DNA of 27,443 bases from Thermotogota bacterium (GTDB taxonomy: Bacteria > Thermotogota > Thermotogae > Petrotogales > Petrotogaceae). The notes under the pieces were generated by a model, which made no database searches, was not told the origin of the DNA, and saw only the letters and a program-made list of their open reading frames with translations. Both the position numbers and the translations under genes were made by a program. Positions 17,590 through 26,941 of the stretch are shown one piece after another (the stretch's first letter is position 1; each line of letters starts with the position of its first letter). The stretch is from positions 1 to 27,443 of the forward strand of contig JBNJGY010000024.1 of the NCBI GenBank assembly GCA_051748045.1. The letters run 5' to 3'.

Positions 17590-18021
17590 TTCGAAATTAT
17601 CAATTGCTCTAACTATTAATTTTGTAAGTTTCTCCCTCTCTTCTTCATTAAATCCTTTAAAAACTATATTCCATAATTCTTCTGAAATTTTCATAAAATC
17701 ATTTCTAAAAGCTTTAGCTTTTTCAGTAACTTCTACATAAGTTACTCGCTTATCTTCAGTACATTTCACTTTCTTTAGATAACCTCTTTTAACTAATTTT
17801 TTTATTGATTCAGTTATTGTAGTCTTGTTTTTCAATAAAGAGTTATATATTTTACCTATTTTTACTTTTCCTCCATTTTTAAAAACAATACATAAAACAG
17901 AAGCATTGCTGGGTATTATATCTTTATATCCATATTCTTTAAATTTATCTTTTATGAAATCGTCAATTTTATTTATTAGAATTGAATTATATGCTGCTAT
18001 TCCTTTTGATTTTTCACTCAT
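17584..18021 (-). CDS. MarR-family transcriptional regulator
   Basis: wHTH KTTITESIKKLVKRGYL, wing DKRVTYVEVTEK, C-terminal FNEEEREKL. Confidence 0.9.
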   Translation of the reverse strand: MSEKSKGIAAYNSILINKIDDFIKDKFKEYGYKDIIPSNASVLCIVFKNGGKVKIGKIYNSLLKNKTTITESIKKLVKRGYLKKVKCTEDKRVTYVEVTEKAKAFRNDFMKISEELWNIVFKGFNEEEREKLTKLIVRAIDNFEK

Positions 18022-18033
18022 AATTAATCACCA

Positions 18034-18663
18034 TTACCTAATAAAATTTGTTGCTTGTTTTCTTTCTAGTTCAGGTTTTTTTATATTACTATTTTTTAAT
18101 ACTTTTAACAACCATGCTATATTTTTCCCTAATATTCTCATTATTTGGACACCTTCCTCATCTTTCAAAGCTTCACCTGGTCTAGTTCCATAGATTACAT
18201 TCCAATAATTTGATGTAGGTATTATCATTTCTGAATAATTAAGATAATTATTCAGTTCGTTAAAGGCTGTCAACCCTCCTGCTCGTCTTACTGCAACTAA
18301 TGAAGCTCCTACTTTATGTCTGAAAATATTTTTGTTAGCTCCAGATACATAAAAAACTCTATCTAAAAATGATTTCATGTTCCCTGTTATAGAAGCATAA
18401 TGAACTGCTGATCCTAAGATAATCCCATCAGCGTTTTTCATCTTCTGTATTGATTCATTTACAATGTCATCTTTTATAACACATTTTTCATCTTTATTTT
18501 TAAAACATTTTCCACAAGCCAAACACCCAGAAATATTTTTATTTCCAACATGAATTATTTCACTTTCAATATTTTCACTTTCTAATTCCTCAAATACAAT
18601 TTTTATCGCATTATATGTATTTCCTTTTTCGTGTGGACTTCCATTAATTGCTATAACTTTCAC
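18034..18663 (-). CDS. Iron-sulfur flavoprotein (Isf-like, NADPH-dependent FMN reductase/flavodoxin family)
   Basis: INGSPHEKGNT FMN loop; CLACGKC-x7-C cluster motif; GTG 18663 follows SD AAGGAG. Confidence 0.88.
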   Translation of the reverse strand: MKVIAINGSPHEKGNTYNAIKIVFEELESENIESEIIHVGNKNISGCLACGKCFKNKDEKCVIKDDIVNESIQKMKNADGIILGSAVHYASITGNMKSFLDRVFYVSGANKNIFRHKVGASLVAVRRAGGLTAFNELNNYLNYSEMIIPTSNYWNVIYGTRPGEALKDEEGVQIMRILGKNIAWLLKVLKNSNIKKPELERKQATNFIR

Positions 18664-18693
18664 AATACCAACTCCTTTTAAATACACATTTAA

Positions 18694-18722
18694 ATGGTAC
18701 TTTATAATGAATGTATTGTCAA
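18694..18722 (-). promoter_or_regulatory. Promoter of the Isf-marR operon
   Basis: Minus strand TTGACA-N17-TACCAT. Confidence 0.6.
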
Positions 18723-18749
18723 ATGAAATAAGTAATATTTAATTAAATA

Positions 18750-18793
18750 TTGACAAATAAAAACTTTATGTTATAATTTACCTGTATATACAG
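18750..18793 (+). promoter_or_regulatory. Consensus promoter of niaP-niaR with a NiaR-type operator
   Basis: TTGACA-N16-TATAAT with extended TG; palindrome CTGTATATACAG (TGT-N4-ACA) at 18782-18793 over the expected +1. Confidence 0.8.
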
Positions 18794-18818
18794 TCTATAC
18801 ATTAAAGGAGGTAGCATT

Positions 18819-20090
18819 TTGACAATAGACAAGTTAGTAGAAAAAGTAGTGGATAAAAATTTACAAAGGAAATTATTGTTCACAACTTCTTTTGGATGGG
18901 CATTAGTTGCTGCTTATGTAATGATTATGTCATTTACAATAAGTCCCATTTCAGAAGAATGGAATTTGTCAGTACAATTATCATCACTTTTAGCTTCATC
19001 TACGTTTATTGGAATGTTTTTTGGAGCTTTAATAGCAGGTAATTTATCTGATTTAATTGGTAGAAAAAAAACATCTATTTTTTTCTTAGCTCAAGGAATA
19101 ATTTTTGCGTTTTTAGTTTATTTTACTAATTCACCAGAAGCTTTTATAATAGTAAGGATCTTATCTGGAATCGGCTTTGGTGGATTATTACCTAGTTTAA
19201 ATGCTTATTTAACTGAATTTTTATCAGTTGGTTTAAGAGGAAGATATTTAGTTTATTTGGAAACAAGTTGGGCATTTGGTAGTATTTATATTGGAATAAT
19301 GCATTTATTATTTGGGGCTAATATAGATTGGAAGCTTGATTATGTCTCACTAGTAATTGGAATAATTCCACTTATTATTTTATTAAAAATACCAGAATCA
19401 CCAAAATATTTAATAGTAAACAATAAACTTGATCTTTTTAAAAAACAGTTCAATTTTCTCCCTAAAGAAAAAATTGAAGTAGAAAAATCTAAAAAAGTTT
19501 CTTTTTTAAATTTATTCACAAAAAAATATTTAAGTAGAACAATAAATATCTATTTGCTTTGGTTTACTATGAGTTTCGGATATTATGGTGTTTTCATTTG
19601 GGTTAAAGGAATTCTTTTATCAAAAGGAGTTTCTCTTGTACAGTCAGATTGGTTTACTTTCTATATGTTTTTAGCTCAAGTTCCAGGATATCTATTAGCT
19701 GCTTATTTAATTGAAAAAATAGGAAGAAAACCTTCTTTACTTGTATTTACCTTTGGAACATCTTTATCAGCTTTATTTTTTGCATTTTCAAGTTCACCAT
19801 CTATGGTTATTATTTCAAGCTTAATTGTATCTATATTTACTATGGGAGCATGGGGATTAACATATGCGTATACTCCTGAGCTTTATCCCACTAGTTTCAG
19901 GGGTGCTGCCAACGGATCCTCAGCTGCTTTAACAAGAGTCGCTGGATTTATAGCGCCTTTTTATACATCGTTCTTTTTATCTAATGATATGATATATGTT
20001 GGTTTAATTGGAATTTCAGTCTTGTTTGTAATAACTGGAATCTTAAATTTTGTTTATTTACCAGAAACCAAGAATAAGGAAGTTTATTAA
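18819..20090 (+). CDS. niaP: MFS transporter, probable niacin transporter NiaP
   Basis: MFS motif A (GNLSDLIGRK), PESP, YTPELYPTSFRG, LPETK; coupled (TAATG) to niaR and preceded by a NiaR-type site. Confidence 0.78.
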   Translation: MTIDKLVEKVVDKNLQRKLLFTTSFGWALVAAYVMIMSFTISPISEEWNLSVQLSSLLASSTFIGMFFGALIAGNLSDLIGRKKTSIFFLAQGIIFAFLVYFTNSPEAFIIVRILSGIGFGGLLPSLNAYLTEFLSVGLRGRYLVYLETSWAFGSIYIGIMHLLFGANIDWKLDYVSLVIGIIPLIILLKIPESPKYLIVNNKLDLFKKQFNFLPKEKIEVEKSKKVSFLNLFTKKYLSRTINIYLLWFTMSFGYYGVFIWVKGILLSKGVSLVQSDWFTFYMFLAQVPGYLLAAYLIEKIGRKPSLLVFTFGTSLSALFFAFSSSPSMVIISSLIVSIFTMGAWGLTYAYTPELYPTSFRGAANGSSAALTRVAGFIAPFYTSFFLSNDMIYVGLIGISVLFVITGILNFVYLPETKNKEVY

Positions 20091-20587
20091 TGAATTCTGA
20101 TGAAAGAAGAAAAAACATAATAAATCTATTTAATAATGAAAAAAAAGCTATAACAGGAAATCATTTAGCTGATTTGTTTGGAGTAACAAGACAAGTAATT
20201 GTAAAAGATATAGCTATTTTAAGAGCTGAAGGTTTAGAAATTATTTCTACCTACGCTGGTTATAAACTAAAATCAAATAAAAATATAAAAATTATCGCTG
20301 TTAAACATAATAAAGAAGAAATTAAAAAAGAATTGGAAACAATAGTGAATAACGGAGGTAAAGTTATAGACATTACTGTTGAACATCCTATTTATGGTGA
20401 ATTGACAGGTATGTTATCTCTTGAATCTGAAGAAGATATTGAAATTTTTATGGCTAAGATAATAAACTCAAAACCTTTATTAATTGTAAATGATGGTCTT
20501 CATTTACATAGAATAGAAGTTCCTGATGAACAAACTTTTATAAATATAAAAAAAGCTCTTGATAAATTAGGCCTATTAGTTAAATAG
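20090..20587 (+). CDS. niaR: Niacin-responsive repressor NiaR (HTH plus 3H domain)
   Basis: LADLFGVTRQVIVKDIAILRA HTH; 3H-domain histidines in VKH, HPIYG and HLH. Confidence 0.9.
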   Translation: MNSDERRKNIINLFNNEKKAITGNHLADLFGVTRQVIVKDIAILRAEGLEIISTYAGYKLKSNKNIKIIAVKHNKEEIKKELETIVNNGGKVIDITVEHPIYGELTGMLSLESEEDIEIFMAKIINSKPLLIVNDGLHLHRIEVPDEQTFINIKKALDKLGLLVK

Positions 20588-20595
20588 CTATTAAC

Positions 20596-20635
20596 AAATA
20601 AAAAGCTGGTTTCATTAGAAACCAGCTTTTTATTT
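20596..20635. terminator. Bidirectional terminator
   Basis: AAATAAAAAGCTGGTTTC-ATTA-GAAACCAGCTTTTTATTT between convergent genes. Confidence 0.9.
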
Positions 20636-21068
20636 ATGGCATTATAATATTTCCAGAACCATTTCCTTTATTATTTTTATTTTTATTTAGTTGATCAACA
20701 AAGTTTGAAGGAGCCACTGAAATATCTGCTTTTGAATTTTCTTTTTCCATCATTTCTTTCATTTCATTTTGATAATTTTTGATCCTATCTTTCATTTCTT
20801 TTAGATCGTTATCTGCCCATTGAATTATTCCTTTACTTACTTGTTTAATCTGTTCTTCTGAAACTTCCTCTCTTTCTTCATCTAATTCTTTTAAAGCTTT
20901 AAACTCTTGTTCAACAGCTTTTTCAACATCTTCTTCTTTGAGCATATCATTATCTCTCAAAATTCTTACTGCAACATTTGATCTGAATTTTATATCCTCT
21001 AATGATAATTCAATGTTTTCTAATTTTGCCATTATAACTTGAATAATTTGTTCAATACTTATTTGCAT
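20634..21068 (-). CDS. Hypothetical acidic coiled-coil protein
   Basis: 144-aa ORF with SD AGGAGG, its own promoter candidate (AAGACA-N17-TATAAT) and a downstream terminator. Confidence 0.8.
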   Translation of the reverse strand: MQISIEQIIQVIMAKLENIELSLEDIKFRSNVAVRILRDNDMLKEEDVEKAVEQEFKALKELDEEREEVSEEQIKQVSKGIIQWADNDLKEMKDRIKNYQNEMKEMMEKENSKADISVAPSNFVDQLNKNKNNKGNGSGNIIMP

Positions 21069-21146
21069 ATTAAACCTCCTATTTTTTATTTAATTATACA
21101 TTTTAATTATTAATTTGTCTTTATATTAAAATAATAAAAACATTAA

Positions 21147-22121
21147 TCACTCTGACTTTAATCGTCTTGTCATCAATTCATGCATTGCTTTTTTTGGGTC
21201 AATATTATTATATATAACCTCAAATAATTTTTCTGCAATAGGCATTTCTATATTATTTCTATTTGCAATATTATGTACCGCTTTTACAGTATATATTCCT
21301 TCTGCTACCATGTTCATTTTATCTAATATTTCTTTTATCTTCTTTCCTCTACCTAATTGTTCTCCCACATATCTATTTCTAGAATGCTGTGAAGTACATG
21401 TTACTATTAAATCACCTATTCCAGCTAAACCTGCATATGTTTCTTTAATCCCACCAAAATATTCCCCAATTCTAGCCATTTCTACAGTAGCTCTTGTTAT
21501 CAAAGCTGCTTTTGTATTATCCCAATTACCCATTCCATCAATAACTCCTGAAGCGATAGCATATATATTTTTCACTGCTCCTGAAACCTCAACACCTTTT
21601 AAATCATTGTTCGTATATATTCTAAATGAAACATTAGAAAATTCTTTTTGTATTTTTAATAGATCATTTTCATTTTTTCCAGATATAACAACACTGGTTG
21701 GAACATCCCTTGCTACTTCTTCTGCATGTGATGGACCACTTAAAGTACAATATCTTGCATTTTTTAAAACTTCTTTAACTACATCACTCATAAGGTAACC
21801 AGTTTCAATTTCTATACCTTTTGATAAATTTACTATAATTTGATTATTGTAATTAATTTGTTGAATTACGCTTCTAACTGCTTGTGAAGGAATTGCTAAA
21901 ACAATAATTTCAGAATTATTTATAGATTCATTAATATCTGTAACTGCTTTTAAATTTTTTGGTAAAGTTATTCCAGGAAGATAATATGGGTTTTCTCCTG
22001 TATTAATGCTATCTTTAACTTTCTCATCTCTAGTCCAAACAACTACATTATGGCCATTAATCGCTAATATCTTCCCCATCGCTGTACCCCAAGAACCAGA
22101 GCCTAGTATAGATATTTTCAT
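21147..22121 (-). CDS. gpsA: NAD(P)H-dependent glycerol-3-phosphate dehydrogenase
   Basis: GSGSWGTA, SKGIE, LSGPSHAEEV, GAVKNIYAIA, GDLIVTCTSQHSRN, VAEG. Confidence 0.96.
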   Translation of the reverse strand: MKISILGSGSWGTAMGKILAINGHNVVVWTRDEKVKDSINTGENPYYLPGITLPKNLKAVTDINESINNSEIIVLAIPSQAVRSVIQQINYNNQIIVNLSKGIEIETGYLMSDVVKEVLKNARYCTLSGPSHAEEVARDVPTSVVISGKNENDLLKIQKEFSNVSFRIYTNNDLKGVEVSGAVKNIYAIASGVIDGMGNWDNTKAALITRATVEMARIGEYFGGIKETYAGLAGIGDLIVTCTSQHSRNRYVGEQLGRGKKIKEILDKMNMVAEGIYTVKAVHNIANRNNIEMPIAEKLFEVIYNNIDPKKAMHELMTRRLKSE

Positions 22122-22124
22122 TTT

Positions 22125-23057
22125 TTATATCTCCACCTTTTCGGCTATTTTATATATAGTTTCTTTTACACCAGGAGTTCTAAAAGGTGTCGTCATTGGA
22201 TCTAGTTTGATAAGGAATTCATTATCTCTTTTTACTATTTCAATATAATATTCTTGAGTTAGCTCATTTTCAACTGTAATAGCTCTTAGAATTATTTTTT
22301 CATCATTTTCATATTTTTCTCTAATAATTGTTTTAGAAGATTCTGTGTCAATTTCTGCATTAACTAAAAGATTTAATTTTTCATCTGATAATTTTTTTAA
22401 TTTTTTATGAGGCATTTTATCTTGCTCCTTTAATAATCTGTTTGTTTCTTCACCTTTTATTTTTTTTATTTTTAATAAATATTTTTCTCTTCCCATTTTA
22501 TCCCACTTTAATTCATATCTAGTCTTAATATTTCTTTTAAAGTTTTTTTCAAAATCAATAACTTCAAATCTTTTGTCTTGTGAAAAATATTCATTAACTT
22601 CATCAGCATACCAGCTTACATCTGTAGCAAGCTCTAATGTTCCACCTTTTCTTAGAGAAGATGCCAATGTATTTCTGAAATATTCAACAAAAATTCTTCT
22701 ATTTTCATGTTTCTTTTTTGGCCAAGGACATGGGAAATTTACTATTACTTTAGATATTGATTCGTGTGTAAATATTTCTTTTAGTAAAAATCTAGCATCT
22801 CCAATTATCAATCTTATATTATCTAGTCCCTCATTATAAATCTTTTTCTGGGCTCTATCACATGCTGTTAAAGAAGTTTCAATACCTATAAAATTCGTTT
22901 CAGGGTTATTTTTTGCTAAACCAACTAAATATTCTCCACCACCAAATCCAATTTCTACTATAATTTTTCGGTTGTTTCCAAATATATTTTTAATATTTAA
23001 CGGTATTTCATCAAAATTTTTTGGATTAATCATATATTTTAAATGTGCAATATTCAT
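22125..23057 (-). CDS. trmB: tRNA (guanine-N7)-methyltransferase with a C-terminal extension
   Basis: VEIGFGGG, GIE, GDA, NFPCPWPKKKH..RR, ATD, TRYELK motifs. Confidence 0.9.
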   Translation of the reverse strand: MNIAHLKYMINPKNFDEIPLNIKNIFGNNRKIIVEIGFGGGEYLVGLAKNNPETNFIGIETSLTACDRAQKKIYNEGLDNIRLIIGDARFLLKEIFTHESISKVIVNFPCPWPKKKHENRRIFVEYFRNTLASSLRKGGTLELATDVSWYADEVNEYFSQDKRFEVIDFEKNFKRNIKTRYELKWDKMGREKYLLKIKKIKGEETNRLLKEQDKMPHKKLKKLSDEKLNLLVNAEIDTESSKTIIREKYENDEKIILRAITVENELTQEYYIEIVKRDNEFLIKLDPMTTPFRTPGVKETIYKIAEKVEI

Positions 23058-23076
23058 CTTATTCCTCCATTAATTT

Positions 23077-23100
23077 AAAAAACCCCAGCTCTGCTGGGGT
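23077..23100 (-). terminator. Rho-independent terminator after rpsT
   Basis: Minus strand ACCCCAGC-AGA-GCTGGGGT followed by T5. Confidence 0.8.
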
Positions 23101-23109
23101 CAATTAAAA

Positions 23110-23397
23110 TTATTCTGGTGCTACTTCACCTAAATATTTTTTTACATTCATGTGTAATCTTGATTTTTTTCTTGAAGCAGTTTTCTTATGCATAATACCC
23201 TTTGAAGCTGCTTTATCAATTACTTTAAATGTTTTACTTAATTCATTCAATAATTCTTCTCTGTCAGTACCTTCTGTTTCCATTTTTAATTTTAATACTT
23301 TGATTTGATTTTTGATTCTTGTTTTAACTGACTTATTTCTTAATCTTTTTTTCTCATTTTGTTTTACTCTTTTTTTTGCTGACTTAATATTTGGCAC
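23110..23397 (-). CDS. rpsT: 30S ribosomal protein S20
   Basis: MPNIKSAKKR...IDKAASKGIMHKKTASRKKSRL; GTG start with SD AAGGAGG. Confidence 0.97.
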   Translation of the reverse strand: MPNIKSAKKRVKQNEKKRLRNKSVKTRIKNQIKVLKLKMETEGTDREELLNELSKTFKVIDKAASKGIMHKKTASRKKSRLHMNVKKYLGEVAPE

Positions 23398-23418
23398 TTA
23401 GTCTACCTCCTTAAAATT

Positions 23419-24627
23419 TTAAAGTCCTAATGCAGCTCTGATTTCATTAACTTTATCCAGTCTTTCCCAAGGGAACTCAACATCGTTTCTTCCAAAATGA
23501 CCGTAAGCAGCCGTATCTTTGTAAATAGGTTGGAGTAAATTCAAGTTATGAATTATCGCTCCTGGTCTGAAATCAAAAAATTCATTTACAAATTTTACGA
23601 TCTTTTCTTCTGAAATTTTTGCAGTTCCTTTAGTATCGATAAGTAAAGAAACAGGATGTGCAACGCCAATTGCATAACCAAGCTGGATCATTACTTCATC
23701 GGCAACACCAGCTGCAACTAAATTTTTAGCAACATATCTGGACATATAATGTGCAGATCTGTCAACCTTTGTCGGATCTTTTCCAGAGAAGGCTCCTCCT
23801 CCGTGTGCAATCCAACCACCATATGTATCTACTATAATTTTCCTTCCTGTTAAACCTGCATCAGCTTGAGGTCCTCCTAATACAAACCTACCAGTTGGGT
23901 TAATTAAATATTTAGTATGTTTTGTTAATAAATCTTCAGGAATAACTGGAGCTATAACCTTTTCTATTAAATCTTTTGAAATTTGGTCTCTTGTAACTCC
24001 ATCATCATGTTGAGTTGAAATTAGAACAGTATCTATTGCTATTGGTTTATTATTTTCGTCATATTCTACAGTAACTTGTGTTTTCCCATCTGGTCTTAAA
24101 TAATCTAGCTTTTTTTCTTTTCTTACTATTGACATCTGTTTTGCTAATTTATGGGAAAATGAAATAGGTGTTGGCATATAATCATCATTTTCATTTGTTG
24201 CATAACCAAACATTATCCCCTGGTCTCCTGCACCAATTTTATCATAATTTTCTTTAGTTGATGATCCTTCTTTTGATTCTAGATTTTCATCAACACCCAT
24301 AGCTATATCTGCTGATTGTTCATCTATACTAACCATGACAGCACATGTCTCACCATCAAAACCATATTTTGGATTATTATAACCTATATTTGTAATTGTT
24401 TCTCTAGCAATTTTGGCTATGTCAACGTATGCATCAGTTCTAATTTCTCCAGCTATAACAGCTACACCTGTTGTAACTAGTGTTTCGACTGCAGCTCTTG
24501 CATTTATTTTATTTTCTACTGTTTCTTTTCTAAGAATTTCATCTAATATAGAATCAGAAATTTGATCTGCTACTTTATCTGGATGACCCTCTGTAACACT
24601 TTCACTTGTGAATAATCTTTTGTTCAT
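23419..24627 (-). CDS. metK: S-adenosylmethionine synthetase
   Basis: [43 protein letters not shown]. Confidence 0.98.
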   Translation of the reverse strand: MNKRLFTSESVTEGHPDKVADQISDSILDEILRKETVENKINARAAVETLVTTGVAVIAGEIRTDAYVDIAKIARETITNIGYNNPKYGFDGETCAVMVSIDEQSADIAMGVDENLESKEGSSTKENYDKIGAGDQGIMFGYATNENDDYMPTPISFSHKLAKQMSIVRKEKKLDYLRPDGKTQVTVEYDENNKPIAIDTVLISTQHDDGVTRDQISKDLIEKVIAPVIPEDLLTKHTKYLINPTGRFVLGGPQADAGLTGRKIIVDTYGGWIAHGGGAFSGKDPTKVDRSAHYMSRYVAKNLVAAGVADEVMIQLGYAIGVAHPVSLLIDTKGTAKISEEKIVKFVNEFFDFRPGAIIHNLNLLQPIYKDTAAYGHFGRNDVEFPWERLDKVNEIRAALGL

Positions 24628-24710
24628 CTACTGTCCCCCTTAATTAGTAAATAAATTCCAATATCCATTTTACAATAAATATTGTTAATTTTCATTATTT
24701 TTATGTTAAG

Positions 24711-25700
24711 TTATCTTTTTATAAATTTAATTTTGTATGATGTTGAATTACCCCAAAAATCCTCTAATTTAATAGTTCCATTATATTCAGCGAAATTACT
24801 ATTTATATATCTAGATAGATTATTTTCTGAAATAATTAGATTATTATCGTTTGAATACATTTTTAACCAATATATAGTAGATGTAGAGCCATAACCATAT
24901 ATTGGAGCTGGGTTATAGGCATTTTCGTATTTAACTTTTGAAAAATCTAGTTTATATGCCAATTTACCGTCTATAAATAAAGTAATTTTTTTTGGCAAAA
25001 TAGTTGAATTTTGTCCTAGTTTTTCTCTTACTCTAACATCAATTTTTGGATAATCTCCTGTAATTTCAACAACCGTTTCACCATCTTGGTTTATAGAATA
25101 ATTATTATTTTCATTTCTTATTTCTAATAATTCTAATATTTTAATTCTTTCTTCACTATAGTCAATAAATTCTATAGCATCTAGGACAACTTCTCCTGCT
25201 GCAGTTTTTTCTCTAACTTCAAAATGAAGATGTGGAGCTAAAGCTTCACCTGTACTTCCAGAAAAAGCGATGACTTCTCCAGAACTTATAGAAAATTCAT
25301 TTTCAGGAAATATAATTTCTATTCTACCAGCAGAACCTCTAAAGTCTTCTTTTACTAAATCAACATAATCCATTATTTTTTCATTAAAATCATTCAAATG
25401 AGCATATACAGTAGATAAATTTGATTCTGGATGATGGACAAATAACGCATTTCCATATACAGGATCATTAACCCAAGCTTTTTCTAAATATCCTTTAGAA
25501 GCAGAAAATACATCTAAATTTTCTCGATATAATGTAGAAAAATCTATCCCTAAATGGAAATGTGGATCATTTCCAGTACCTCTATATTCACCAAAAGAAG
25601 AAGTTATATATGAATTTTTTATTGGTGGTTCAAATATAGCTGATAATAGTGTAGTAAAAATTAAAAATGTTAAAAGTAAAAACATTACTATTTTTTTCAT
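24711..25700 (-). CDS. Secreted M23-family metallopeptidase
   Basis: Signal peptide; ITSSFG, HLGID, YAHL, SGSTG, PHLHFE. Confidence 0.9.
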   Translation of the reverse strand: MKKIVMFLLLTFLIFTTLLSAIFEPPIKNSYITSSFGEYRGTGNDPHFHLGIDFSTLYRENLDVFSASKGYLEKAWVNDPVYGNALFVHHPESNLSTVYAHLNDFNEKIMDYVDLVKEDFRGSAGRIEIIFPENEFSISSGEVIAFSGSTGEALAPHLHFEVREKTAAGEVVLDAIEFIDYSEERIKILELLEIRNENNNYSINQDGETVVEITGDYPKIDVRVREKLGQNSTILPKKITLFIDGKLAYKLDFSKVKYENAYNPAPIYGYGSTSTIYWLKMYSNDNNLIISENNLSRYINSNFAEYNGTIKLEDFWGNSTSYKIKFIKR

Positions 25701-25702
25701 TT

Positions 25703-26941
25703 CTATTCCTCCAATTTTCTCTTCAATGAATTTAAAATATAATCTTTAGCTATTATTTCTTTAATAGTGTAATCAAATTCATCTTCCTCTTTTAAAACCC
25801 CATATTTATCTGAATATTCGTATAGTTTCCAAAGTTCTTTAAATTTAATTTTTAATTTTTCAATTATAATATTTTCAATAATATCTAAATTATTTTCTAA
25901 TTCTTTTAAAAAAGAATTAATAGAATTCTTATTTACGCTACTTAAAAAATATGCTTTAGGATAAATAATTTTATATTCTTCTAATTTTTCTCTAGTAATT
26001 TTATCAATTTTATTAAATATAAGTATTAAGGGTATTTTATTAACCCCAATTTCTTCTAAAATGTTTTTTACAGCTCTTATCTTCGATTCAAATTCTTCAT
26101 CAGAAATATCTACTATATGAATAATCAAATCTGATTTTTCTATTTCTTTTAAAGTCGATTTAAAAGAATCAAAAAGATTTCTTGGTAAATTTTTTATAAA
26201 TCCTACAGTGTCAGAAAATATACTCGTTAACCCACTAGGTAATTCAACTTTTCTTAGTGATGGAGATAATGTTGAAAATAATTTTTTTGATGTATATATT
26301 CTTTTGTCTTTGGATATACTTTTTAAAAACGTAGATTTCCCTGCACTGGTATAACCAACAATTGATATTAATGGGTAATCTCCATTTTCTCTTTTTTTTG
26401 ATGAAATACTATGATTTTTATCAACCTCTTTTATCTGTTTTTTTAAAAAATTGATTCTATCATATATTCTTCTTCTGTCTGTTTCTAATTTTGTTTCACC
26501 AGGTCCAACTGTACCTATCCCAGCACCTGTATTTGACATTTCTTTACCTTGGCCTATTAATTTAGGTAATTCGTATTGTAGTTGAGCTAGCTCCACTTTT
26601 AATTTACTGTCTTTAGACTTTGCATTTTTTCTAAATATTTCTAATATAACTTCATTTCTATCGATAATTTCCAATTTAGTTTCTTTTTCAATATTCCTTT
26701 TTTGTGAATTTGATATATTATTATAAAAAACTATTATGTCAATATCTAAAGCTTTTGACATATCTTTTATTTCATTTATTTTTCCTGAACCGATAAAATA
26801 TTTTTTATCGGGTTTTTCTCTATTTTGAATTATAGTGCTTTCTATTTCAATATTAATATTATCACAAAGAATCTTCAACTCGTTTAAATCACTTCGAATA
26901 TCTTCATAATTATTTTTTACTGCAATAATTAAACCTCTTAT
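25703..26941 (-). CDS. hflX: Ribosome-splitting GTPase HflX
   Basis: IGSGK, ILEIF, VELAQLQY, GPGETKLETDRR, G1 GYTSAGKST, DTVGFI, NKID. Start extended to ATA 26941 after SD GAGGTG; the ORF track starts at TTG 26878. Confidence 0.93.
   Translation of the reverse strand: MRGLIIAVKNNYEDIRSDLNELKILCDNINIEIESTIIQNREKPDKKYFIGSGKINEIKDMSKALDIDIIVFYNNISNSQKRNIEKETKLEIIDRNEVILEIFRKNAKSKDSKLKVELAQLQYELPKLIGQGKEMSNTGAGIGTVGPGETKLETDRRRIYDRINFLKKQIKEVDKNHSISSKKRENGDYPLISIVGYTSAGKSTFLKSISKDKRIYTSKKLFSTLSPSLRKVELPSGLTSIFSDTVGFIKNLPRNLFDSFKSTLKEIEKSDLIIHIVDISDEEFESKIRAVKNILEEIGVNKIPLILIFNKIDKITREKLEEYKIIYPKAYFLSSVNKNSINSFLKELENNLDIIENIIIEKLKIKFKELWKLYEYSDKYGVLKEEDEFDYTIKEIIAKDYILNSLKRKLEE

Noticed and set aside
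18664-18687. Longer N-terminus of the Isf-like protein
   Set aside because: The extension contains the SD AAGGAG for GTG 18663 and begins at about the predicted +1.
1332-22839. Short antisense or overlapping ORFs in the track (e.g. 1332-1517, 3957-4181, 5031-5261, 7813-8013, 8191-8409, 10459-10704, 12041-12292, 12376-12570, 13304-13513, 13882-14244, 17825-18193, 21310-21798, 22006-22248, 22573-22839)
   Set aside because: They lie on or across well-supported genes, show no recognisable motifs, and look like shadow frames of AT-rich coding DNA.
24628-24710. Possible SAM riboswitch upstream of metK
   Set aside because: Only 83 bp, almost all A/T, with no SAM-I core or terminator; only a promoter candidate (ATGAAA-N17-TAAAAT).
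24682-24894. 70-aa plus-strand ORF
   Set aside because: Antisense to the M23 peptidase 3' end; no SD or motif.
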